This document shows, piece by piece, positions 27,719 through 35,728 of a DNA stretch of 64,000 nucleotides. The position numbers and the translations under genes are program-made. The stretch's first letter is position 1. The number at the start of each line of letters is the position of its first letter. Under the pieces are notes generated by a model, which did no database searches, was not told the origin of the DNA, and saw only the letters and a list, made by a program, of their open reading frames with translations. Origin of the DNA: Nitrososphaeria archaeon (GTDB lineage: Archaea > Thermoproteota > Nitrososphaeria > Nitrososphaerales > JAAOZN01); assembly GCA_029775855.1 (NCBI GenBank), contig JARVJZ010000004.1, positions 4,901 to 68,900 on the forward strand, written 5' to 3'.

Positions 27719-28124
27719 GAGCAAGAGTTGATGTTGTTTGGGTGAGGAGGTTAAGGTTTCTCGCCGTTCTATGTTGAAGTGGGCTGGCGCTTTAGCTGCT
27801 TCTGCTGTAGCTGGTGTTGCGGTTGGTGTTGGTGCTGATAGGCTTCTCACACCTATCAGAGAGGTTGAAAAGACAGTCACAGCAACAGTAACACAGACCA
27901 GAACCACAACACAAACAGCGACGGTAACAACACCAGTAACACAGACAACGACAGTCACAACACCAGTAACACAAACAGCAACAGTAACTCAAACAGCAAC
28001 CACAACCGTAACTCAAACACCACCCCCACCACCAAGCCTAAAACCACCCCTATCACCAGAAATCAAACAAAGAGTCGAAGCCATAAAACAGCAACTAGCA
28101 GCAAAACACCAACAAGAAACCATA
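27719..28124. repeat. Right arm of the perfect 406-bp inverted repeat (partner at 20350-20755)
   Basis: Same evidence as the left arm. It covers 19 nt of 5' leader plus codons 1-129 of the gene. Confidence 0.95.
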
Positions 28125-30428
28125 GTGTACAGTGGGGGGTGTGGAATAAATTGTGGTGGTGGCGGAGGTTGGGATAGTGGGTGCTTCTTTAAAATAAGAC
28201 TTAGGGATGGTGTGATAACAGCTATAGAATCTGATGATACTATTAACACCAATCTGCCTAGGGAAGACGAAGTAAAAGATAACATTGATAAAGTGAGACT
28301 TCAACGCCGACCGTGTGTCCGTGGTAGAGCTTGGCGCAAATATATCTACGGACCAGACCGTATTCTATATCCATTGAAGAGAGTAGGTCAAAGAGGTGAG
28401 GGAAAGTTTGTTCGAATTAGTTGGAATGAGGCTCTAGATACTATTGCAGCTAAAATGAAAGAAATGAAAGAGAAATACGGTCCATACTCAATAGGCACTA
28501 TGTATGAGTACCAAGAGTTTCCTAACATTCTTGCATACTTTGGTTGCGGCGCTACAGGTTGGAGCACAGCGTCTTTTGAAGCTACTAACTTTGCTGGGCT
28601 ACAGATGATGGGTGCTTGGGCTTGGATACCTTACGTTGATCACGAAGCACCAGACATTTTTAACACTAAACTCATAATCATGTGGGGGTGGGACCCAACT
28701 ACATCAGAATGGATGATCTTCACAAAATACTATCTTCTACTAGCAAAAGAAAAGGGTATACCAATTATCGTAATCGAACCTAGATATACGTCATCGGCAG
28801 AAGTTTATGCAGACCAGTGGATACCAATTAGACCCGGCACTGATGTAGCAATGATGTTAGCGATGGCAAACGTTATATTCAAGGAAAAGCTTTACGATCA
28901 AGATTATATCTCGAAATATGTGGATACGAATGGTCTTCAAAAATGGATGGACTATGTCTTAGGTAAGTCTGATGGAGTCGATAAGACGCCTGAGTGGGCA
29001 GAGAAGATATGCGGTGTTCCTGCTGAAACTATACGCGACTTAGCTCGACTATACGCTAAGAGCAAACCTTGCCATCTTAATGTAAGCTGGGCGCAAGCCA
29101 GACAGCCTTGGGGTGAGAATGTCGCTAGAGCAGCAATAGCTTTACACGCCATAACGGGAAACATAGGTGTGCCAGGTGGTGCTTCTTGCTTAGGTGGTGG
29201 ATTTGTGGCAAGAGGTGTTTATGATAGCCCAGTTGTCGATTATAGGCAAAAACCTGTTCCCGTAACAGAAATGTGGGGTGGGACATTACCAGTGCTATAT
29301 TGCAACTGGAAGTGGGCTGATGTAGTTCTGCTAAAAGAGAAGGTTGATAAGGGTGAGATGACTAAAGAAGATTACTACAGCATCATCGGTAACGATGCAA
29401 ATAACCCTATGCCCAATCTACATATGTTATGGATAAATAAGAACATATTTAATCAGACAGTTGATCTTAACAAACAAATCAAGGCTATTATGAAGATGGA
29501 CTTTGTAGTTGCTTGCGGGAGGCATATGACGCCATCAAACAAATATGCTGATATAATATTGCCCCTAACAGATGTCATGTTTGAAGAAAGACACTTTTTC
29601 GGCAACATGTATGCACCAAAGATCATTAACCCCCCAGGAGAAGCAAAAGATTTGTTGTGGATTCAAACTCAACTCGCCAAAAGACTGGGTCTTCTCGACT
29701 TGTATATGCCACTCTACACTACAGATGCTGAATGGGATAACTTGCTGGAAAGGCTCCATAAAGAAGCCTATGAAAAATGGGCGGCTCAACGAGGAATAAA
29801 TGTTTCTTGGGAGGAGTTTAAGAAGAAGCCAATAATACGCAGAGATGTCGTAGGAGAATTGAATTATCCCTTTAAAGCGCAGATTCAGAAAGGTGAGAAA
29901 TTTAACACAAGTACTGGCAAGATCGAAATATATTCTGAATATTTGGCTAAGACTGATCTAAAGAAGACAAGATACGGAGGATATATAGATCCTATGCCAG
30001 TCTACAGACCGCTTTGGGAAGGCTTTTACGATCCAAAAGCAAAAAAGTATCCACTTATGGTTATCACACCCCACGGAAGGTACAGAATCCACTCTGTTCA
30101 AGACTCTAATCCTTGGTTATCTGAAGATGCATATAGGAACTCAGTTTGGATAAGTGTGGTCGACGCTAAAGCAAGAGGCATTAAAGACGGTGACTTAGTC
30201 AGAGTTTACAACGACGTGGGAGAAATGGTGATTCCAGCTTATGTGACTTCGAGGATAGTACCTGGTGTAGTCTGTGTGTATGAGGGTAGATGGTATAGTC
30301 CAAACCCCAAAGGAGTCGATCGTAGAGGATGCAGTGATATAATATGTTATAATGAGAGTGCTGTACAACGATATCCCGGCGCTGGAGCTTGGCCGTTTAC
30401 AGCGCTTGTGGAGGTTGAAAAGTTCTAA
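27738..30428 (+). CDS. TAT-exported molybdopterin oxidoreductase catalytic subunit, DmsA-like, paralog 2
   Basis: The first 129 aa are identical to paralog 1. The FS0 motif carries a Gly-rich insertion (CGINCGGGGGWDSGC). Family blocks are present (GEGKFVRISWNEALD, IEPRYT, WIPIRPGTD, TGNIGVPGG, GIKDGDLVRVYND). By eye it is roughly half identical to paralog 1 after residue 129. Confidence 0.9.
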   Translation: MGEEVKVSRRSMLKWAGALAASAVAGVAVGVGADRLLTPIREVEKTVTATVTQTRTTTQTATVTTPVTQTTTVTTPVTQTATVTQTATTTVTQTPPPPPSLKPPLSPEIKQRVEAIKQQLAAKHQQETIVYSGGCGINCGGGGGWDSGCFFKIRLRDGVITAIESDDTINTNLPREDEVKDNIDKVRLQRRPCVRGRAWRKYIYGPDRILYPLKRVGQRGEGKFVRISWNEALDTIAAKMKEMKEKYGPYSIGTMYEYQEFPNILAYFGCGATGWSTASFEATNFAGLQMMGAWAWIPYVDHEAPDIFNTKLIIMWGWDPTTSEWMIFTKYYLLLAKEKGIPIIVIEPRYTSSAEVYADQWIPIRPGTDVAMMLAMANVIFKEKLYDQDYISKYVDTNGLQKWMDYVLGKSDGVDKTPEWAEKICGVPAETIRDLARLYAKSKPCHLNVSWAQARQPWGENVARAAIALHAITGNIGVPGGASCLGGGFVARGVYDSPVVDYRQKPVPVTEMWGGTLPVLYCNWKWADVVLLKEKVDKGEMTKEDYYSIIGNDANNPMPNLHMLWINKNIFNQTVDLNKQIKAIMKMDFVVACGRHMTPSNKYADIILPLTDVMFEERHFFGNMYAPKIINPPGEAKDLLWIQTQLAKRLGLLDLYMPLYTTDAEWDNLLERLHKEAYEKWAAQRGINVSWEEFKKKPIIRRDVVGELNYPFKAQIQKGEKFNTSTGKIEIYSEYLAKTDLKKTRYGGYIDPMPVYRPLWEGFYDPKAKKYPLMVITPHGRYRIHSVQDSNPWLSEDAYRNSVWISVVDAKARGIKDGDLVRVYNDVGEMVIPAYVTSRIVPGVVCVYEGRWYSPNPKGVDRRGCSDIICYNESAVQRYPGAGAWPFTALVEVEKF

Positions 30429-30436
30429 GAGGTGGT

Positions 30437-31183
30437 ATGATGGTTCAATATGGATTTTTCTTTGACCAAAGCAGATGCATAGGTTGCAGAGCTTGCGCTG
30501 TAGCTTGCAAGGACTGGAACGATCTGCCTGAAGGACCGGTTAAGTGGCTTCGGATATATGAATATGAAAAGGGTGCTTTCCCAAATGTGAGGGTTCACTA
30601 CCACTTCATTCCTTGTTTCCATTGCGAAAACCCCATATGTATAGACGCATCTAGTGCTCGCGGTATTTATAAGGAAGAAAAGTATGGTGCTGTGTTAATA
30701 GACCCTGATAAGGCTACTAAACTGAGGGATGCAGCCGCTGCTTGCCTATACGGTTCGATAGTCTTTGAAAGTGATGCCTCTGATGCAAAAGCCTCAAAAT
30801 GCACAATGTGCATAGATCGATTAGAAGAGGGGCTACTACCAGTTTGCGTAGCAGCGTGCCCAACTAGAGCTTTGGATTTTGGACCTCTTGAAACATTGCA
30901 AAGAAAGTATGGTACAAACAGGGATCTAGAGGATCTACCACCGTCTACTCTAACAAAGCCTTCCGCAATCTTTAAGCCACACTCTCCGAAGAAGCAGCTA
31001 GTCAGCTACGATGTAAATAAGGCCCTAAAGCTGCTTGCTGAAAGAGGCGATCTACCAAGTATATATAGTACAGCTGAGGATGTATTAAATATACCAGAAG
31101 GGCTGTTAAAGCGCAATAAGTTAGTTCTTAAGCCAAATAGCGTAAAGGACCTTCAAGAACTAACAAGGGACGATAACGCCTAA
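30437..31183 (+). CDS. DmsB-like ferredoxin subunit of molybdoenzyme 2, with one cluster-binding site lost
   Basis: Group I (CIGCRACAVAC) and group IV (CTMCIDRLEEGLLPVCVAACP) are intact. Group II is CFHCENPICIDASS, so its last Cys is Ser. Group III is ATKLRDAAAACL, so only its last Cys is kept. The C-terminal extension ends in ELTRDDNA. Confidence 0.85.
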   Translation: MMVQYGFFFDQSRCIGCRACAVACKDWNDLPEGPVKWLRIYEYEKGAFPNVRVHYHFIPCFHCENPICIDASSARGIYKEEKYGAVLIDPDKATKLRDAAAACLYGSIVFESDASDAKASKCTMCIDRLEEGLLPVCVAACPTRALDFGPLETLQRKYGTNRDLEDLPPSTLTKPSAIFKPHSPKKQLVSYDVNKALKLLAERGDLPSIYSTAEDVLNIPEGLLKRNKLVLKPNSVKDLQELTRDDNA

Positions 31184-31199
31184 GAATCTCTACAGTTTC

Positions 31200-32318
31200 A
31201 TGACTCTCCTCTCATATTTTTTTAGAATTTTATGGATTTTCCTTTCACTTTCAATTTCTTCAGCAGCAGTATGGTCAGTTTTTTACCTACCAAATCCACA
31301 ATTACCTAGCAACAACAATGTTCTTCAACTTGTTAATAGCGGGGGAATGCCGGCAATAGACTCTCTTGGCGATACTGTCTCCTACATTTCATTAAATGAT
31401 GGATATAGTGAGATATGGTTGATTCGCAGCGATGGAAGAGAAAATAGACTTTTAACACCTATAAAAGGTAATATATCTAAAATTAAGTGGAGTCCAAATG
31501 GATTAGTAATAGCGTTTATTGCTAATCAAGGCTCTGATAAGATCTTCAGGATTTCGAAATATGGTGGAGTTATTACGCCAGTGAGCCGCGCGTTTGATGC
31601 TATCGAACAATTTGTATGGCTAGACGATGAATGGATTTTGCACGACGGCTACGAAAATGGTAAGTGGGGCGTATATCTCTCTAAAACAGACCGCGTGTAC
31701 GTTAGACTTAGCTCTTTCGATATCGACGCAAAGCATCCTAACTTATTAAAAGAAGGATCTCTTGTTGCAATGAGCGCAAAATATAGCGAGGGATACAAAA
31801 TAATCCTTTACAATCTCACATCAGGAAGTTGGACTCCTATAACTTTTGGAAGTGGTGATGATCTTAAACCCGCATTCAGCCCAGACGGCAAGAAGATAGC
31901 ATACCTATCTAATCGAGCAGGCAGGTGGAGCATTTGGCTAAAGAACATTGACACCGATAGTGAAATAGATCTTACGGCACCTTTTTCAGAGAGACGATAC
32001 CCCAGTTGGGCTCCTGATGTAGACCTCAATACAACTTTGATCTGGAAACCAGATTCACAACATCTAATATTCGACGGAAAACGTGGAAATTCCCGCGAGA
32101 TTTATATAATTAACTTAAGTGGTGGAACGGTAACTTTACGTTTCGCCGTTAAAGAATATTTTCCTCTGATACTCAACGTGGTATTTGAAAGCGTTTCGTC
32201 CTACAATCCAGTAATAGATCCAAGAGGTGAAAGTATATACTTTGAGAATAGAGGAGAAGGAGCCAGCAGTGTTTGGCGATTAGATCTTAACGTAAAACGA
32301 GCCTTATCTTATGGTTGA
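31200..32318 (+). CDS. Secreted TolB-like beta-propeller protein, paralog 2
   Basis: N-terminal hydrophobic signal or anchor. PD40-type motifs WSPNGLVIAFI, FSPDGKKIAYLSNRAGRWSIWL, PSWAPD and WKPDSQHLIF. It starts 16 nt after the FeS gene on the same strand. Confidence 0.65.
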   Translation: MTLLSYFFRILWIFLSLSISSAAVWSVFYLPNPQLPSNNNVLQLVNSGGMPAIDSLGDTVSYISLNDGYSEIWLIRSDGRENRLLTPIKGNISKIKWSPNGLVIAFIANQGSDKIFRISKYGGVITPVSRAFDAIEQFVWLDDEWILHDGYENGKWGVYLSKTDRVYVRLSSFDIDAKHPNLLKEGSLVAMSAKYSEGYKIILYNLTSGSWTPITFGSGDDLKPAFSPDGKKIAYLSNRAGRWSIWLKNIDTDSEIDLTAPFSERRYPSWAPDVDLNTTLIWKPDSQHLIFDGKRGNSREIYIINLSGGTVTLRFAVKEYFPLILNVVFESVSSYNPVIDPRGESIYFENRGEGASSVWRLDLNVKRALSYG

Positions 32319-32392
32319 TACCAGTTACACTCCATTTTTCACCTTGACAACTTACATATTAATAGTACTTATGGAATTAAGATGACGGTCTA

Positions 32393-33256
32393 ATGAACGC
32401 TAAACCTATACTCATTATAATTGCTTTAATTATAGTTTCGTTAGCCGGTGTATTTTCTTATAATCTTCACCAACCTTTAGAGGTTGATAGAGTTGTTGAC
32501 GTGAGGTGGCTTGAAACTAATTGCGGTGGAGTCAAGATTGTAGCGGTTGGAAGCGACCAATCGCTTTTTAAAAGAGGATACATTCCTAGATCCTCTTTTA
32601 TATCTTACCAAGATCTAATAGATAAGAATTCGAGTATTCAAGGGCTGGTCTTGAAGGCTGAGGATTTTGAGAGGTTGATGAGCCATCTTGGAGTCTCAGA
32701 GAAGACCAGCATTCTGCTTTATGATAATCAATCTGGCTTATTTGCTGCACGAGCCTACTGGACACTCTACTATTATGGGCATAAGAGTATCCTGTTCCTG
32801 GATGGTGGAGTATCATCGTGGATAAAGGCTGGGTTACCATTAGAATCAACAACCACATCTAGCATATCTTCACAATACAAAATAGGTCAACTAAACTCTC
32901 AATCTCTAGCTACATTAACATACGTTAAAAGCCATTTGTATGATCCCCATGTTGTGATCATAGATGCTAGATCTGAAAGTGAATACTCTGAAGGCCATAT
33001 TCCGAATGCAATCCACATAGAATGGTCAGCTACGCTCACCTCTGAAGGCTTATTCAAAAATAAAACAGTATTAAAAGAATTATTTGCAAAACAAGGCATC
33101 ACACCTGAGAAGACTATAGTCACATATTGTAGAACTGGTGTGAGAGGGGCGCACATGTGGTTTGTGCTAAGTCAGATACTTAAATACCCTAATGTTATGC
33201 TTTATGACGGCTCTTGGGAAGAGTGGCTGGCAACAAGTCAGCCCATAGAAAGATAG
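32393..33256 (+). CDS. Exported or membrane-anchored tandem-rhodanese sulfurtransferase
   Basis: N-terminal anchor PILIIIALIIVSLAGVF. Two rhodanese domains. The active-site loop YCRTGVRGAH is in the second domain. Confidence 0.8.
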   Translation: MNAKPILIIIALIIVSLAGVFSYNLHQPLEVDRVVDVRWLETNCGGVKIVAVGSDQSLFKRGYIPRSSFISYQDLIDKNSSIQGLVLKAEDFERLMSHLGVSEKTSILLYDNQSGLFAARAYWTLYYYGHKSILFLDGGVSSWIKAGLPLESTTTSSISSQYKIGQLNSQSLATLTYVKSHLYDPHVVIIDARSESEYSEGHIPNAIHIEWSATLTSEGLFKNKTVLKELFAKQGITPEKTIVTYCRTGVRGAHMWFVLSQILKYPNVMLYDGSWEEWLATSQPIER

Positions 33257-33260
33257 ACGA

Positions 33261-34586
33261 CTATCGACGATAAAGGTTATTGTAAACACAGAAAGGAATA
33301 AGTTTATCATCCAGAACCACATGTACGCAGCACTTCATACATCTTTTCAAATCGAAGTTCCAAGCATCCTGAAAAGAATGAACTTGTATACTCATAACAT
33401 TATCTATCAAGTTCGTACTTGCGGAGCAGCAACATCTTATGCTATCTAACACATGCTCTGAACCAGGTGTAGCAGACATACTCCAAAGTTTATCAAGCGC
33501 CGCTGCCACCATCGGATCTTGATGCTTAGGTCTCTCACCATACGCACCAAGATATTCTGAAACGTCGCAATAGCGTGTCAAGGGGATGAGGTGCTCACCA
33601 GTATTGAACGTATATGTTAACGCACTGCAATGGCTGTCTGGACACGGAACAGGTATGAAGTCCGAAGCATGAATCTCTCTGTTTGTATGCTCCACTATCG
33701 TTCTGATAATGTCAGGTGCAGTTATGCGATGTAGAGGATTCAAAAATTCTTTTCTCAATCTACCAACAAAGGCTATCGGTGTAAAGATCAAACCATCAAT
33801 CCGCATCTTCTTAGCAAAATCTAAGATATGCCCTATCTGTAGATCGTTAACCCCTTTTACTACCGTGACACTTAGACTGATTTTTAAGCCGGCACACTTG
33901 GCCGCATCTATTGCTTTTTTCTTCAAAGAGAGAAGGTTTGAGCCGCGCATAAACTGGTATACATCGTCGTTAAGCGAGTCAAAGGAAAGGCTAAGTTCTT
34001 TTAGCCCTGCCTTTGAAAGTTCGTAGGCTAAACCAGGATTTCTAGCCAAGTTCACTCCATTTGAGTTTAAAGTTATGTTTGCGTAGCCGAGCTTATGTGC
34101 TTCAGCAACAAGATCTACAAGATCGGATCTTAATGTAGGTTCTCCACCAGTTATGACAAGACTTGGATTTTCACATTCACAGCTAGAAAGAAACCTTAAC
34201 CTATTTACCAGATCCTCTAATGTAGGTTCCTCACCAGCCATATTTGAAGATGCATAGCAAATTGGGCAGTTTTGGTCACATCTCCCTGAAACCTCCAATA
34301 GTCCAACACAAGTATGCTGTTGATGCTCAGCACAAAGACCACAGTCCCAAGGGCAACCTAAATTTTTAGAAGTAGCGTAGCGTTTTATAAGATACTTCTT
34401 TCCTGTCTGATTATATTTCTCAGCATTACGGTAGAAGTCAGCATCACTACATATAAGAGATTTTAACATCCCATGCTCTGGACATTCTTTGGCCATATAT
34501 ATTTGAGAATCTTCTTGATATATTCTAGCTTTTATTAAAGTGTTGCAAAAAGGGCATAGGCTATAGGTATCGCCTTTTGATTCCAA
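33261..34586 (-). CDS. Radical SAM protein with N-terminal Cys4/His zinc-ribbon (MJ0619/tetraether-lipid-synthase-like family resemblance)
   Basis: CDQNCPICY (CxxxCxxC) and the GGEPTLR glycine-rich SAM motif. The N-terminus is CPFCN...ECPEHG. There are extra Cys clusters (CPWDCGLCAEH, and C-terminal CCC/CMKCC). Confidence 0.75.
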   Translation of the reverse strand: MESKGDTYSLCPFCNTLIKARIYQEDSQIYMAKECPEHGMLKSLICSDADFYRNAEKYNQTGKKYLIKRYATSKNLGCPWDCGLCAEHQQHTCVGLLEVSGRCDQNCPICYASSNMAGEEPTLEDLVNRLRFLSSCECENPSLVITGGEPTLRSDLVDLVAEAHKLGYANITLNSNGVNLARNPGLAYELSKAGLKELSLSFDSLNDDVYQFMRGSNLLSLKKKAIDAAKCAGLKISLSVTVVKGVNDLQIGHILDFAKKMRIDGLIFTPIAFVGRLRKEFLNPLHRITAPDIIRTIVEHTNREIHASDFIPVPCPDSHCSALTYTFNTGEHLIPLTRYCDVSEYLGAYGERPKHQDPMVAAALDKLWSMSATPGSEHVLDSIRCCCSASTNLIDNVMSIQVHSFQDAWNFDLKRCMKCCVHVVLDDKLIPFCVYNNLYRR

Positions 34587-34699
34587 CTCTAAACACTAAC
34601 TGACTAACTAGACTTAAATGTTACTCTACGAGTTGCATCCCGTCAATCTTCTTCAACCATTATCAGTTAAAGATATTAATTTTCCTCTAGCATTCTATT

Positions 34700-35287
34700 T
34701 TGATGGATAAGATTAGGGTAGATGAGCGTACCGCACTTATAGTGGTTGATGTGCAGAATGACTTCTGCCCAGGAGGCGCTTTACCAGTTCCTGAAGGCGA
34801 CAGAGTTGTGCCTATAATCAACTGTTATATCGACATCTTTAGAGAGGCTGGTGCACCCATCTTCTTCACACGTGATTGGCACCCTAAAGACCACATATCC
34901 TTCAAGGGCTATGGTGGCATATGGCCTCCTCATTGTGTGCAAAATACTTGGGGTGCTGCTTTCCACCCGGCTCTTAAAGTGGGTGAAGAGGATGTGGTTG
35001 TTTCAAAGGGTTTTGAGCGGCTGAAGGAAGCGTACTCTGGCTTTGAGGGTACAGACCTTGATGAGCGTTTGAGAAGACTGTGTGTGGAGAGGCTGCTGGT
35101 CGGCGGGCTAGCTACTGATTACTGTGTTAAGAATACTGTGTTGGACGGTTTGAAAAGAGGGTACCGAGTATTTTTGCTTGAAGATGCTGTGCGTGGTGTA
35201 GATGTTAAGGTAGGGGATAGCATTAGAGCGGTGGAAGAGATGGTTAAGTCGGGAGCGGTGAAGATAACACTTAAAGACCTTTTGTAA
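34700..35287 (+). CDS. pncA: Nicotinamidase/pyrazinamidase (isochorismatase family)
   Basis: ALIVVDVQNDFCPGGALPV, TRDWHP..HISF, the catalytic-Cys context GLATDYCV. The probable ATG start is at 34703. Confidence 0.8.
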   Translation: MMDKIRVDERTALIVVDVQNDFCPGGALPVPEGDRVVPIINCYIDIFREAGAPIFFTRDWHPKDHISFKGYGGIWPPHCVQNTWGAAFHPALKVGEEDVVVSKGFERLKEAYSGFEGTDLDERLRRLCVERLLVGGLATDYCVKNTVLDGLKRGYRVFLLEDAVRGVDVKVGDSIRAVEEMVKSGAVKITLKDLL

Positions 35288-35331
35288 GGCAGCACTCTAG
35301 ATGCATCATCACATTTAGAGGAGTATCTTTC

Positions 35332-35652
35332 TTACCGCATTATTGGGCTATTCTCGCTGATCTGCTCGAGAATGTTTAGGTATGCGCGTAAAATGTTGAA
35401 GCCTTTTTGTGTCAACTCGTATCTCCTTCTATTACCAAATTCGAATTCAGCTAAGAAGCCGTTTTCAACAAGGCTCCTAAGGTGTGTCTGGAGAATCGCC
35501 CAAGATATGTTTGCTTTATACATTATTTGTGTTGGTTTCTCTATACCCTCTTTTACGATGCGAAGAATGTCCATCTTAATCTCAAGATGAGAGCGGCGAA
35601 TAAGCTTTTGAGACTTACCAACAACATTCTGTTCGAGTTTCTCCACGTTCAC
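35332..35652 (-). CDS. Winged-helix DNA-binding protein (COG3432-like small archaeal regulator)
   Basis: The pattern ILRIVKEGIEKPTQIMYKANISWAILQTHLRSLVENGFL...YELTQKGFNIL is typical of small archaeal wHTH proteins. Confidence 0.55.
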   Translation of the reverse strand: MNVEKLEQNVVGKSQKLIRRSHLEIKMDILRIVKEGIEKPTQIMYKANISWAILQTHLRSLVENGFLAEFEFGNRRRYELTQKGFNILRAYLNILEQISENSPIMR

Positions 35653-35728
35653 ACCTCTTTTTAGAAGTTAAGAAGGAGGAGATATATATGGTTTAGTGTG
35701 TTCAAATCTGTACCGCAAATCTATTAAA

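Noticed and set aside
20350-28124. The inverted repeat as the terminal repeats of a transposon or IS-like mobile element.
   Set aside because: The arms are the functional 5' ends of two conserved enzyme genes. The enclosed genes are respiratory or rSAM genes. There is no transposase or integrase and no target-site duplication.
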